A stretch of DNA of 64,000 bases from Patescibacteria group bacterium (GCA_016860985.1 BOKM01000001.1:156185-220184); one strand, 5' to 3'; shown: positions 1 through 10,469, counted from the stretch's first letter. Notes: generated by a model from the sequence alone, not told the origin. A program made the numbers and translations.

Positions 1-572
1 AAACCATATAAACCACACCATGCAGCCGGACCGCGAACAGAACCCGCAGTTTCACTTCCTATCGCATAAACAGACATATTCGCAGCAACCGCAGCTGCAC
101 TCCCTCCAGATGAACCACCAGAAACCCTTTGTGTATTGTAGGGATTAGCAGTCACACCATAATCACTAGTTTCAGTTGAGGAGCCATGAGCAAACGCATC
201 CATATTGGTTTTACCAACAAACACTGCATTGGCATCAAGCAACCGTTGAGTTACAGTCGCATTATACGGGGATACGTAGTTATCGAGTATTTTTGAGCTT
301 GCGGTGGTTTTTGTACCAATCCAGTTAAAGTTATCCTTTAACGCAGCAGGAATACCACCAACAAGAGATATTTCACGTCCACTTTCTATCATAGAATCGA
401 CCTTCGTTGCGGCCTCTAGAGCTTGCTCTCGTGTTTGCGAAACAAAACAATTCAATTCGCTTTCCCTTGCGTCTACGTTTTCAAGATATGAGTTTAGTAA
501 TTCGACAGCTGTGAACGAACGAGCAATTAGTTCTTTATGTAGTGATTCAATGGTTTGATATTTAGTATTCAT
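1..572 (-). CDS. gatA: Asp/Glu-tRNA amidotransferase subunit A (5' part; runs off window start)
   Basis: Manual translation from ATG 572: MNTKYQ...GIPAALKDNF...GKTNMDAFAHGSSTE...SGGSSGGSAAAVAA...GSETAGSVRGPAAWCG (amidase signature); directly follows gatC. Confidence 0.95.
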   Translation of the reverse strand, partial: MNTKYQTIESLHKELIARSFTAVELLNSYLENVDARESELNCFVSQTREQALEAATKVDSMIESGREISLVGGIPAALKDNFNWIGTKTTASSKILDNYVSPYNATVTQRLLDANAVFVGKTNMDAFAHGSSTETSDYGVTANPYNTQRVSGGSSGGSAAAVAANMSVYAIGSETAGSVRGPAAWCGLYG

Positions 573-573
573 A

Positions 574-855
574 TTACAAAACTTTATCTACAACAAAATA
601 TGATTTCTGCAAATTTCCCATCTTAGGATACTCATTTATAGACAATCCGAAAGTTGGTTCATCTTCGGCAACAATGTTTGTAAGACCGTGTGTCTGAGAA
701 GTTTCTTGAACTTGAGCTGTATCCAATTCTTTTAGTACGTCTACTGCAGAGAGTACTGTATTCAATTGATCTGTATACGTAGTAACTTCTGAGTCTTCGA
801 GATGAATACGAATTAAACCAGCGATTTTCTTGGTTTCATCATTTGTAATTTGCAT
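574..855 (-). CDS. gatC: Asp/Glu-tRNA amidotransferase subunit C
   Basis: 93 aa, KIAGLIRI..L.ELDT..V..T..YFVV pattern; upstream of gatA. Confidence 0.9.
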   Translation of the reverse strand: MQITNDETKKIAGLIRIHLEDSEVTTYTDQLNTVLSAVDVLKELDTAQVQETSQTHGLTNIVAEDEPTFGLSINEYPKMGNLQKSYFVVDKVL

Positions 856-861
856 GCGAGA

Positions 862-1467
862 TTATAGCACTTCCAAGCGCCAGCCACGACCATATTGTGA
901 GTGGATTTTATAGACGCTCGGCAAGCGTTTTTTTAATCGTGAGAGCACGACATAAAGCGCATTATCAGTCTCAACCACAGTGCTAAGCACATGTTTGGAA
1001 ACAAAATCCCCTTTGGCTTGAAGCAAAACGGTTAACACCTGTTCTTCTTTTGGGCTTAACTTACAGAGCTTCTCTATCTGTATCAGTGGTTCGGCTTTTT
1101 GATTACGTATCAATAATCTTTGCATTCTGGCAAAAAGCTCAGCTGGGAAAATTGGTTTTTTCATGTAATCTGCTACTCCGAATGCAAAACTCTTTAGTCG
1201 AACCGGCAAAGAGTCATAACCTGTCATAAGGATGCACTGGATAGTAGGGTATCGGGTTTTAACGCTTTCAAAAAAATCGAGCCCATCGTCGCCATGTCCA
1301 AGATGCAAATCGATAACGAGCATGTCAAATTTACTATCAACAATTTTCCATGCTTCAGTTGTATTTGAAGCGCAATAGCAATCACATCCCCTTCCTGATA
1401 AGTATTCCGCTAAAGAGTGTAGTAAATCAACATCATCTTCCAAGATTAAAACTTTTAGTGATTTCAT
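862..1467 (-). CDS. Response regulator (receiver plus winged-helix output, OmpR-like)
   Basis: ILEDD, VIDLHL (phospho-Asp), MTG, DYMKKP; C-terminal SRLKKRL...YGRGWRL. Confidence 0.88.
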   Translation of the reverse strand: MKSLKVLILEDDVDLLHSLAEYLSGRGCDCYCASNTTEAWKIVDSKFDMLVIDLHLGHGDDGLDFFESVKTRYPTIQCILMTGYDSLPVRLKSFAFGVADYMKKPIFPAELFARMQRLLIRNQKAEPLIQIEKLCKLSPKEEQVLTVLLQAKGDFVSKHVLSTVVETDNALYVVLSRLKKRLPSVYKIHSQYGRGWRLEVL

Positions 1468-1470
1468 TGC

Positions 1471-2715
1471 CTACAAGATAAGCAGAATGAGGCTAACCAT
1501 TACCCCCGCCGTGAGCGAGACTCCAACTGTAATGTATGGGCCAAATGGCAAGAGGAACAAAAGCAAAATGATAACGGCAGTACCAATAAGGTATGACCAG
1601 ATAAGGCGCTTAGAACGGTCACTTAACAACGTCATTTGAAGCAGGTAGTACATGAGGGCATATCCAACGATACTAAATGCTTGGTATCTTAAAAATCTGC
1701 TTGTTAGCCAAAGTGATTGTTCATCAAAACTGCCCCTTGCATATATTACTTTTATTAGAGCTTCGGGCCATAGTGAAATAATAAAAGCAAAGGCAAGAGA
1801 AGCAACACCAAGTAATACAAAGGCAACCGTATTTATTTTTGTGATTGATCGATGTTCTTCTACCCAGCGTTGCATCGTCGGAATTAGATACGTAGTCAAA
1901 GGAATAACAAAAATTGGGTTAAACAGTCCAATCACTTTGTTTGAATAATTATACGCTGCAATGTAGCCTTCTCCTGCTGCATGCAATTTATCCAATATGA
2001 TAAATCCAGGCGCTCCCGACAAGATAAATGTCAAAAGTATTGGACCGATGTATGCAAGTAGTTGCTTTTCAAATCCAACTTTTTGAATACCAAATAGCTC
2101 TTTAACCCATGACTTTCCTTTAAGATAACGTTTTAGATCAGGTATCATAACAAGAATTCTTAATATTCCGGTTAAGAGCATAACAACAACATATAGATAA
2201 ATCCCGTACTGAGAAGCGATTACCACACCAAACAGTAATATGACATGGGCAACCAACTCTTGTGCGCCAGGCCAAAAGAATACTCGATTGTAGTTAAGAT
2301 AGCTTTGAATAATACCTGCCATTCCGTAAAATACTCCAGGCATTGCTGCGAGCAGTGAATACTGCCACGGGACATGCGGATACAGCATAAGCATAACGAA
2401 TACCAACAGTACGGAAACGATTATGAGAATCACACGATAAAAATGAAACGTTCTTAAAAAAATCTGCTGTTTTTCAGATTGGTCTCGCGCAAAAAATATT
2501 GTTAGTGCAGTTATTATTGTTTGGTTAATAAGGTACGCAGTAATAAAATCTGTCGGAAACAATAAAATACCAAGCAAATCTGACTGCGCAGAAGTGCCAA
2601 AGAAATACGCTATAAAAGCATTTCGCAAGAAACCCACAAATTTAGAAGTAACGGCCATCATTACGAGTGCAATTGGCGGCCAGTATTTTTTCAGAAACTC
2701 AAATAAGCGGTCCAT
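1471..2715 (-). CDS. murJ: MurJ/MviN-like lipid II flippase
   Basis: SKFVGFLRNAFIAYFFGT..SD, AYNYSNK, YARGSFD motifs; polytopic membrane protein. Confidence 0.8.
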   Translation of the reverse strand: MDRLFEFLKKYWPPIALVMMAVTSKFVGFLRNAFIAYFFGTSAQSDLLGILLFPTDFITAYLINQTIITALTIFFARDQSEKQQIFLRTFHFYRVILIIVSVLLVFVMLMLYPHVPWQYSLLAAMPGVFYGMAGIIQSYLNYNRVFFWPGAQELVAHVILLFGVVIASQYGIYLYVVVMLLTGILRILVMIPDLKRYLKGKSWVKELFGIQKVGFEKQLLAYIGPILLTFILSGAPGFIILDKLHAAGEGYIAAYNYSNKVIGLFNPIFVIPLTTYLIPTMQRWVEEHRSITKINTVAFVLLGVASLAFAFIISLWPEALIKVIYARGSFDEQSLWLTSRFLRYQAFSIVGYALMYYLLQMTLLSDRSKRLIWSYLIGTAVIILLLFLLPFGPYITVGVSLTAGVMVSLILLIL

Positions 2716-2760
2716 CGAGTATCATTGTAACACTTTTTTTCATCAAAAAGTGAACAAAAC

Positions 2761-3162
2761 CTATTTACGAGTTGCACGAAACTCAGCCATATATCTTTGG
2801 ATATACTCTTGCCTATTTTTAAACGTTGATTCCGAAACAAAAGTCCTTGCCGCAGCGAGAGTTTCTGGTTGAGAGGACACCCGGCAAGAGGCAGATTTCC
2901 TCTCTTCTCTTATTCTATCTGAGAGAGCATTTTGTGCTTCGACAAAACTACGACTTGGTTCAAAATCATGCTCTTTCATACCTATATCGAGTGCTTTACC
3001 TACATCCAAAGCAAAATCAGCGTCAATCACCGAAAGCTCTGCAAGATGAATAATAGTAAACGCAGCCTCAATACGGTTTCCCTGTGTTGTCATATATTGG
3101 TAATATCGTTCCAATGAATATCTTGTAAAACCTGGCAACAATTCTGTATCATTTCTCGTCAT
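2761..3162 (-). CDS. Hypothetical protein
   Basis: 133 aa ORF filling the gap, with TATAAT 8 nt upstream of the ATG. Confidence 0.6.
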   Translation of the reverse strand: MTRNDTELLPGFTRYSLERYYQYMTTQGNRIEAAFTIIHLAELSVIDADFALDVGKALDIGMKEHDFEPSRSFVEAQNALSDRIREERKSASCRVSSQPETLAAARTFVSESTFKNRQEYIQRYMAEFRATRK

Positions 3163-3200
3163 TGCTAATGATTATAGGACACTGCAACTCGCCTTGCAAG

Positions 3201-4787
3201 TTATACTAAAGGTTGCCCAGTCATGCTTGGGGCACCTTTTACATCAAGCAGAGAAAGTAAAGAAGCTGGTATATCAGAAAGTATTCCATTTTTATCCATC
3301 TCAGTCGCGTCGTAGACAAGCCGCTTAAGGTTAAGTGAATCTGTCCACTTTCCATCGTCTAAAATATCTGGATTTTCAATATACATGAAGGGTACAAGGT
3401 TCAATGTATGGTTTTTATCCGGCTCTCCAGATACTGGATTAATTTTCTGCTCAGCATTTCCATGATCCGCAGTCACGAGTACTCTCCCACCTTGTGCGAG
3501 CATCGCCCTAACTAAGAAATTAACACACCTATCGGTAACTTCTACAGCGCGAGCGGTTTGCATAATTTTGCCACTATGCCCAACCATATCAGGGTTTGCA
3601 AGATTCAATAAATAGAAATCTTCTTGTCTTTTATTAATTCTTTCTAATAAAACGTCGGTGACTTGATAGGCAGACATCTCCGGAACCGTTGAATAATCTT
3701 TTACCTTGGGCGACTGAATAATATGGAACTCTTCACCATTCGCTGGAGCTTCTCGCCCTCCATTAAAAAAATACGTTACGTGTGCATACTTCTCAGTTTC
3801 AGCAATATGGAATTGTTTTTTACCTGCCTTGGCAAGTGTATCTGAAATTGGCTCGTAGTTTTCGCTCGATTCAAATAATACGTCTACAGGTAAACCTTCT
3901 TCGTACCCAGACATTGTAATAAACCGCTCTATAACAAAGGGTCTTTCGAATTCAGTGAATTTTTCGTTTGGTGAAACGAACGCCTTAGTAATTTGCCGTG
4001 CTCGATCTTCACGAAAGTTAAAGAAAAGTACCACATCGTTTTGTGTAATAGGAGCTACAGGGTTACCATTCGCATCGACGATAACCGTTGGAGTAAGCGT
4101 TTCATCATCTTCTTGCCTTGAATAAGCGTGTTCTAAGGCGACTTCAGGTTCGGTTTCCTTTAATCCTCCTTTCCCTATCATCGCATCGTACGCGAGTTTT
4201 ATTCGGTCCCACGCGTTGTTGCGATCCATTGCATAAAACCTTCCAACAACGCTGGCAATGCGCTTCATACCGTACTGGAACATTCGTTCACGCAATTTTT
4301 TTAGATAAAAGCGGGCTTCAAAGCGTGGTGTATCACGACCGTCGGTGATAATGTGAAATACTGGGTCAATACCATTTTTTTTGCAGAATTCCATCAATGC
4401 AAATAGATGTCGCACATCTGCATGAACACCCGATGCGGTTAACAATCCTACAATATGAAGAGTCCTCCTGTTTTGGTTGACATCTTTTGCCATTCGAAGC
4501 AGGACTTCACTTTTAAAAAAGGAACCATCAACAATGCTATCGTTAATTGTTGAAATCATTTGGTAGACGACCGTTCCTGCTCCAAGATTTAAGTGACCTA
4601 CTTCGCTATTGCCTGGAACTCCCGCTGGTAACCCTACGTCTGGACCAGAAGCGCCAAGCAACAATTTCTTATCTGCACGAGTCCAAAGGCGATCGAGTGT
4701 TGGCGTTTTAGCATGGAGCACAGCATTACCTGCATAATCTTTGCCAACGCCAAGTCCATCCATTATAATAAGCAGTACGGGTTTCAT
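3201..4787 (-). CDS. gpmI: 2,3-bisphosphoglycerate-independent phosphoglycerate mutase
   Basis: [64 protein letters not shown]. Confidence 0.97.
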   Translation of the reverse strand: MKPVLLIIMDGLGVGKDYAGNAVLHAKTPTLDRLWTRADKKLLLGASGPDVGLPAGVPGNSEVGHLNLGAGTVVYQMISTINDSIVDGSFFKSEVLLRMAKDVNQNRRTLHIVGLLTASGVHADVRHLFALMEFCKKNGIDPVFHIITDGRDTPRFEARFYLKKLRERMFQYGMKRIASVVGRFYAMDRNNAWDRIKLAYDAMIGKGGLKETEPEVALEHAYSRQEDDETLTPTVIVDANGNPVAPITQNDVVLFFNFREDRARQITKAFVSPNEKFTEFERPFVIERFITMSGYEEGLPVDVLFESSENYEPISDTLAKAGKKQFHIAETEKYAHVTYFFNGGREAPANGEEFHIIQSPKVKDYSTVPEMSAYQVTDVLLERINKRQEDFYLLNLANPDMVGHSGKIMQTARAVEVTDRCVNFLVRAMLAQGGRVLVTADHGNAEQKINPVSGEPDKNHTLNLVPFMYIENPDILDDGKWTDSLNLKRLVYDATEMDKNGILSDIPASLLSLLDVKGAPSMTGQPLV

Positions 4788-4809
4788 TCAAATTCATTAT
4801 ACCCTACCT

Positions 4810-5742
4810 ATGACTTTAGACAATATATTTTCACAACTCACCGAGAAAGAACTAGCAGACTTGTTTGCATACGAGTCACCCCTATGGACACAGCGAGAAG
4901 GATCTTCGCTTAAAGACCTGTGGCAACTCGCGCAACAAGATGAGTCATTATTAGTTGATGTGCTTAACGAAACGAAACAGAAACTCCCGCAAATACTTGC
5001 TAAGTCGACCTCCTTTTTTGGTGATCGTGGGTGTATTATCGACATAAGAGTTGGCCAAGGGGGGCTTGATGCTCAAGATTGGACAAGTATGCTTACCACT
5101 GCATATACGGAATATTTTAAGAGTATTGCACTGCCCTTTACGCTTTTGGAGTACGAACCGGACTCAATCGCAGGAATCACCCATGCAAGCATCGAGATTA
5201 ACTCGTCTTGGGCATATCTCGCGTTAAAACGAGAAGAAGGATCTCACAGACTTGAGCGTAAATCGCCTTTTAATACAAAAGGTAAATTGCAAACTTCAAA
5301 CTGTATTGTGCAGGTTTTTCCAACCTCAAACAACAAAGATGTGACCACAATAAAAGAAAGTGACTTAGAGATAAAAACCGGTCGCTCGAGCGGACCAGGC
5401 GGGCAAAACGTTAATAAAGTCGAGACTGCAGTCATCGTGAAGCACCTCCCAACTGGAATAATGATAAAAAGCAGTCAGACTAGGAGTCAATTACAAAACA
5501 AACAAAACGCACTTACTATGCTTAAAGCAGCACTTCTAAAACGAGAAGAAGCACAGAAAGCCAAAGAGCTCGCAGATTATAAAGCGACCTCACTTGAATC
5601 CGTTATACGAACATACGACTTTGCACTTAACTATGTAAAGGATTCCCGTTTTTCCTTTAAAACCTCTCAACTTGAAAAGACCTTAAAAGGTGAATTCTTT
5701 CCATTTATTTGGAGGGCATTGCTCCACGAATTCGAGCGCTAA
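4810..5742 (+). CDS. prfB: Peptide chain release factor 2 (short N-terminus)
   Basis: [17 protein letters not shown] (SPF peptide anticodon), [10 protein letters not shown]; prfB-ftsE-ftsX synteny; start moved to ATG 4810 to avoid overlapping gpmI. Confidence 0.88.
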   Translation: MTLDNIFSQLTEKELADLFAYESPLWTQREGSSLKDLWQLAQQDESLLVDVLNETKQKLPQILAKSTSFFGDRGCIIDIRVGQGGLDAQDWTSMLTTAYTEYFKSIALPFTLLEYEPDSIAGITHASIEINSSWAYLALKREEGSHRLERKSPFNTKGKLQTSNCIVQVFPTSNNKDVTTIKESDLEIKTGRSSGPGGQNVNKVETAVIVKHLPTGIMIKSSQTRSQLQNKQNALTMLKAALLKREEAQKAKELADYKATSLESVIRTYDFALNYVKDSRFSFKTSQLEKTLKGEFFPFIWRALLHEFER

Positions 5743-5774
5743 GGCCTACCGGTGCCCCTATGCTACAATAGGAG

Positions 5775-6644
5775 ATGCTCCGCGTTTCAAAATTATCAAA
5801 ATTATACCAACAGGGAAACACAATTATCCCCGTTCTTAAGAACATTTCATTTGGGCTAGAACGTGGAGAGTTTGTCTTTCTTACCGGCCCATCTGGATCA
5901 GGTAAAACAACACTCATAAAACTTCTTATTCGCCAAGAGCTCCCTACAAAAGGCACCATTATTTTCGAAACCGTTCCGATTGAACAACTCCCTCGTCAAC
6001 TTATCCCCTCATACCGTAGAACTGTTGGGGTCGTCTTTCAAGACTACAAGTTACTCGAAAACAAGACCGTTCACGAAAATGTCTCCTTTGTGCTCGAAAT
6101 ATTAAACAAAACCTCAAAAGAAGTGAATCAAACAGTTGAGTACCTTCTTGACTACGTTGGACTTGCCGATAAAAGGAATCTTTTTCCAAAGCAGCTCTCT
6201 GGGGGTGAAAAACGAAGAGCAGTGATAGCGAGAGCAATTGCAAACAACCCTAAACTCCTTATCGCCGACGAACCGACCGGTGATCTTGACTATGAAAACT
6301 CAGAAAATATCATGGCGTTACTCGCAAAAATTAACAAAGCGGGAACTAGCGTGATCATGACCACCCATAATCTCGATTTTATTAAAAGGTACCCCTATTC
6401 ACATTGGCATCTTGAAGGTGGATTGCTGCAACAAGGATCACCAAAGAGTCAGAAACAAGCGGCACAATTCATGAAGTCACTTAACAAGATTCTCCCAGAA
6501 TCGATTATCAACAAGTTGCAACCATTAAATCCAGATGAAAAATCTGACCTATTAAACCTTACTCCTCAGTTCCTAAAAGAAGAGCTCAAATTCACTGACC
6601 AAGAAATTTCGCAGCTCGCTTCTAATCTAAAACAACTACCGTAA
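5775..6644 (+). CDS. ftsE: Cell division ATP-binding protein FtsE with C-terminal extension
   Basis: GPSGSGKT, VFQDYKLL, LSGGEKRR, ADEPTGDLD; followed by ftsX. Confidence 0.93.
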   Translation: MLRVSKLSKLYQQGNTIIPVLKNISFGLERGEFVFLTGPSGSGKTTLIKLLIRQELPTKGTIIFETVPIEQLPRQLIPSYRRTVGVVFQDYKLLENKTVHENVSFVLEILNKTSKEVNQTVEYLLDYVGLADKRNLFPKQLSGGEKRRAVIARAIANNPKLLIADEPTGDLDYENSENIMALLAKINKAGTSVIMTTHNLDFIKRYPYSHWHLEGGLLQQGSPKSQKQAAQFMKSLNKILPESIINKLQPLNPDEKSDLLNLTPQFLKEELKFTDQEISQLASNLKQLP

Positions 6645-6648
6645 GCTT

Positions 6649-7566
6649 ATGAACCTCGTTTGGGCAACAGCCTTAAAATATATTCGCAGAAATCCAGGGT
6701 TGTCTCTGGCCAGTATCGTTATAATAACCGTTACTTTTTCACTCGGTACAATGTTTTTTGTCATTAACCAATTCGCAACCAACACTGTTACTTACTTGCA
6801 AAGCCAACCGACACTCTCTGTCTTTTATGACCCAAAAGAGAAAGAAGAAAATATAGTTGCCTTTAAAACACATTTAGAAAAGCAGCCCGGAGTACTAAAA
6901 GTTAGTTATTCAACCTCAGCCGATATTCAAAAAAATTACCTATCAAGCGTTGGAATTTCCCCCGAAAGGCAAAATGAGTTCACTTTCGACACTAATCAAA
7001 TACGTATATTGCGTGTACAACTCAACCCTGGCGTTGACTTCAAACCATTTGTAAAAATTGTAGAAGACGAAAAGAACAAAGGCGGGCTCATAATAGAAAC
7101 TGTGTATTTTCAGGACGTTGTGGAAAAGATTCGACAATTTAGTACAACAGTTACAGCAGGGAGCATAGGGATAACAACTTTCCTATTAATAATCTCCGTC
7201 ATACTAGTCTACCTTACCATTGGTTTTACCATTAACCGTTTTGCTCAAGAAATTGAAATCATGGATCTAGTCGGGGCAGAACCAAAGGTTATCGCCATGC
7301 CGTTTATGCTTCAGGGTGCTATTTACGGATTCGCTGCAGCAACAATTTCCTACCTTTCTATTATCTTGCTTTGGGCAATTGTGAATACGGTTCTCAAAGA
7401 CAATGTGCTTTTTGTATTCATACACAACATTATGTCGAGTGTTGGACTTAGTGCACTATTTTATCCTTCGTGGATTTTTTTTGCATTTGGCGTTATTGAA
7501 ATAATTATAGGTAGCAGCATTGGCTACATCTGTGCCTTTTTTGCTACCAAGCGTTATATTAAATAA
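6649..7566 (+). CDS. ftsX: Cell division permease FtsX
   Basis: IRRNPGLSLASI N-terminal TM, EIEIMDLVGA...PFMLQG signature, about 4 TM segments. Confidence 0.92.
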   Translation: MNLVWATALKYIRRNPGLSLASIVIITVTFSLGTMFFVINQFATNTVTYLQSQPTLSVFYDPKEKEENIVAFKTHLEKQPGVLKVSYSTSADIQKNYLSSVGISPERQNEFTFDTNQIRILRVQLNPGVDFKPFVKIVEDEKNKGGLIIETVYFQDVVEKIRQFSTTVTAGSIGITTFLLIISVILVYLTIGFTINRFAQEIEIMDLVGAEPKVIAMPFMLQGAIYGFAAATISYLSIILLWAIVNTVLKDNVLFVFIHNIMSSVGLSALFYPSWIFFAFGVIEIIIGSSIGYICAFFATKRYIK

Positions 7567-7576
7567 AGCGAATGTC

Positions 7577-8938
7577 ATGGTTGTAAATATGACACACAAA
7601 GCAGTTCGGATTCTCGCGTTAATGCTCCTTTTTTGTGTGGTCGGGCTTTTTTTTGCATCAAATAACAACGTAAACTTGCGTGCTGCAACAGAGTGTCCAA
7701 GTTCCCTCCCTGCGCGCGAAAGACTTGATTGTTTGTATAAAAGAAGCAGCGAACTAAAAAATCAGAGAAAGAGTATCGAAAGCACCTTAAAGAATGTGCG
7801 AGCTCAAGAAGGCGATATTCAATCCCAAATCGATGAATTAAATGCTCAAATAGCAGCCAACGAAAACGAGCTCTCGCAAAAACAGATTGAAATTGAATTG
7901 GCAAGTATCGAAATTGCAAACATCGGAGAAGATATAACAGAGACAAAAAACCGAATTGACACACTAAAGCAAGAATCTCAAACCTCAATGCAAAAAGTCA
8001 ACGAAATCGCTATGCTCGCGTACAAAGTAAACAGTATTCCTATTTGGTATCTTCTCGCACAAAACGATTTAATCTCCACTTTAGAGATGTTGCGATATTT
8101 TGACTATATCTCACAGCAGGAGAAAGTAAGGCTCGCTCAATTCAGCAATCTTCATTCACAACTCAGCTCAGAAGAAAAAGTTCTCGGAGTTGCTCAATCG
8201 AGTATCATTGAAAAGCGAGATGCAATGGAAGCAGCAAACCTCGAGATTATTGAGCTCAAATCGACGTTAAGCACGCAGCGAGACAAGCAAAAAACACTTT
8301 TATCAAGCCTTGCTCAGCAGGAAAAAGCCCTGGCAGCTGAACGCTCAAAACTTATTGCACAACAAAACGCAGCAGATAGACAAGCTCTTTCAATTGCGAT
8401 TCAACTTTTTGAAGCAAACAAGCTTGGTAATGGAACACCCGTAAGACGAGGTGACATTATCGGTCGAGAAGGTTTTACTGGCTGTAGCTTTGGGGCACAC
8501 ATACATTACGGCTTTATTTCTGGAACTGGCTCCTATTACACAAATGTAAATCCTTTTTCTTCTGGGCTCTTACGGCAATCCGGCTCTTATATAGTTGATG
8601 GTAGAGCAAAAGCACCATTACCTGGAATGCTTATGACCGGTGGCTTTCACGATAACTATTCAATTGACGCAGTCTCTACATCGGCCGGAAATCAGGATAG
8701 TAGCCGTAAATACCAAATTATCACACCGGTATGTTGGCAAACAAAAGGTAGAACCTATTCACTAACTGGCTGGGGTGCACCAATTTATGCCGCATTAGAG
8801 GGCAAAGTATACTACGGTACTGACAGCATGGGGGGGAGATACGCCATTGTCGATCACGGAAATGTCTTTAACGGAAAGAAACTTAAGAGCATCTACTGGC
8901 ATTTAGACGGTCCAGATGCAAAGAAAAAAGTGCTCTAA
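7577..8938 (+). CDS. FtsEX-associated coiled-coil peptidoglycan hydrolase/activator with circularly permuted M23 domain
   Basis: Signal peptide, long coiled coil, GDIIGREGFTGCSFGAHIHY and GAPIYAALEGKV..IVDHG..SIYWHL; start 7577 or 7589. Confidence 0.82.
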   Translation: MVVNMTHKAVRILALMLLFCVVGLFFASNNNVNLRAATECPSSLPARERLDCLYKRSSELKNQRKSIESTLKNVRAQEGDIQSQIDELNAQIAANENELSQKQIEIELASIEIANIGEDITETKNRIDTLKQESQTSMQKVNEIAMLAYKVNSIPIWYLLAQNDLISTLEMLRYFDYISQQEKVRLAQFSNLHSQLSSEEKVLGVAQSSIIEKRDAMEAANLEIIELKSTLSTQRDKQKTLLSSLAQQEKALAAERSKLIAQQNAADRQALSIAIQLFEANKLGNGTPVRRGDIIGREGFTGCSFGAHIHYGFISGTGSYYTNVNPFSSGLLRQSGSYIVDGRAKAPLPGMLMTGGFHDNYSIDAVSTSAGNQDSSRKYQIITPVCWQTKGRTYSLTGWGAPIYAALEGKVYYGTDSMGGRYAIVDHGNVFNGKKLKSIYWHLDGPDAKKKVL

Positions 8939-9005
8939 ATATTCACTTGGTTTAACAAGAAATTCTGTTATAATTGACCACATTAATCTATAAGAATACA
9001 TATTT

Positions 9006-9752
9006 ATGAAAGACGAAGCAGTTCAAAAGTCAGTAAAGAAATTTAAGATTCAGCTTCCAACTACGCTAGTAATTCGCAGAGAAACCGTAATGAAAGCGCT
9101 TGTAGGTGTTGTTATAGCTCTTGTACTTGTTCCTGTATTTGACTGGGTAATCCAAACTTCAATCACTTCACAATATGTTGCATTTTATAAGAATGCAGAC
9201 GTGTCCCGTGCAGCGTATGTCAAAGAAATGGAACGACAATATGGAGATCAGGTTGTTAACGAAATGCTCGCAAAAGCAGCAATCGCACAAGCAGCCAAAG
9301 AACGAGACATTACCGTTTCAGAGGCAGATATTGATAAAGCAGTCGAAGCTGATAAAACAAATGCAGGGATTACAACTGCAGAAGATTTTGAAGCTGCCCT
9401 CGCACAAAGTGGAATTACCGTTGATGAATACAGAGCCTATGTAAAAGTTACGGTTACACTCGACAAACTTATTGAAGGAACCATTACTGACCCAACCGAT
9501 GCAGAAATCGAAGAATATTTCACCTCCAACAAGACCCTGTTCGAAGGCAAGAAACTGGAAGAAGTTAAAACTACAATTGCAGCCGAGATTAAGCAAAACA
9601 AATTAAGCGAAACCCGCCAAGAATGGATTAGCAAAGCACTTGAGAACTTCAACGCAAGTAACACTTTAGTGAGCAAAGAAAGCAGAAAGTACAAATTCCT
9701 CCGAAGTATTGACTTGGTCACAAGACTATTTAGTGCTGACCCAACCAAATAG
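9006..9752 (+). CDS. SurA/PrsA N-terminal-domain chaperone-like membrane protein
   Basis: TM anchor, then QAAKERDITVSEADID..FEAALAQSGIT..TDAEIEEYF; no PPIase domain seen. Confidence 0.7.
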   Translation: MKDEAVQKSVKKFKIQLPTTLVIRRETVMKALVGVVIALVLVPVFDWVIQTSITSQYVAFYKNADVSRAAYVKEMERQYGDQVVNEMLAKAAIAQAAKERDITVSEADIDKAVEADKTNAGITTAEDFEAALAQSGITVDEYRAYVKVTVTLDKLIEGTITDPTDAEIEEYFTSNKTLFEGKKLEEVKTTIAAEIKQNKLSETRQEWISKALENFNASNTLVSKESRKYKFLRSIDLVTRLFSADPTK

Positions 9753-9893
9753 GATTCAAGGACAAAAAAATAGATTACAAATCACAGGGTTTTACTAAGT
9801 TATCTGTTCTGTTGTTGTAAGAAACATAGATACACGTAAACTTACTAAACAGTAATACTCGCTTTGTATTGCTGCTTGTGAATCTGAGTTTTG

Positions 9894-10469
9894 CTAATCT
9901 GCAATGACCATTTCGTAATCGTTTCCTTTTTTGACTACTACAGCAATTTTGCCCGATTGCACATCTTTAAAGATAAAGAATTCTTTATCGAGAAGTTCCA
10001 TACGCTCAATTGCCTCAGTTACCGACATGGGCGCCATTTCGGTGATAACTTTTCTTCTGACATTTGGCGTATAACTTGCATACATTGCACTTGATTGTGG
10101 ATCTTCGTCAGTCTGCTTAAAATCTTCAACTACGGCTGTTTCTGGCCAAGACTCAGCTCCTTCCCATTTTCGAAAGTTCTCTTTGTAATGCACCATTTTA
10201 GAGTGAAGACTTGGTGTCATATCGTCTACCAACGAGTACACTTCAGCTCCTTCCTTTTTCATTCTTACAACAGCGCGAGGAAGCGTTAATAATAATCGAA
10301 CATAAAAATCTTTTTCAGAACCTTTGTGAAAAACTGTCTTACCTACTTCTACGTTTATCTGCGTAACTAGCTCAATATGTGGTAATTTAGAAAGCTTATC
10401 TTGGATATACTGTTGCATCGAATCTGTAACTTCAACTCCACGACCTGTGAACGTAATTGGTAAAGACAT
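9894..10469 (-). CDS. hpf: Ribosome hibernation promoting factor (long HPF)
   Basis: GRGVEVTDSMQQYIQDKLSKL N-domain; PMSVTEAIERMELLDKEFFIF C-domain. Confidence 0.9.
   Translation of the reverse strand: MSLPITFTGRGVEVTDSMQQYIQDKLSKLPHIELVTQINVEVGKTVFHKGSEKDFYVRLLLTLPRAVVRMKKEGAEVYSLVDDMTPSLHSKMVHYKENFRKWEGAESWPETAVVEDFKQTDEDPQSSAMYASYTPNVRRKVITEMAPMSVTEAIERMELLDKEFFIFKDVQSGKIAVVVKKGNDYEMVIAD

Noticed and set aside
4741-4809. Longer prfB start or a programmed frameshift
   Set aside because: Overlaps gpmI on the opposite strand; no CTT-TGA site or internal SD
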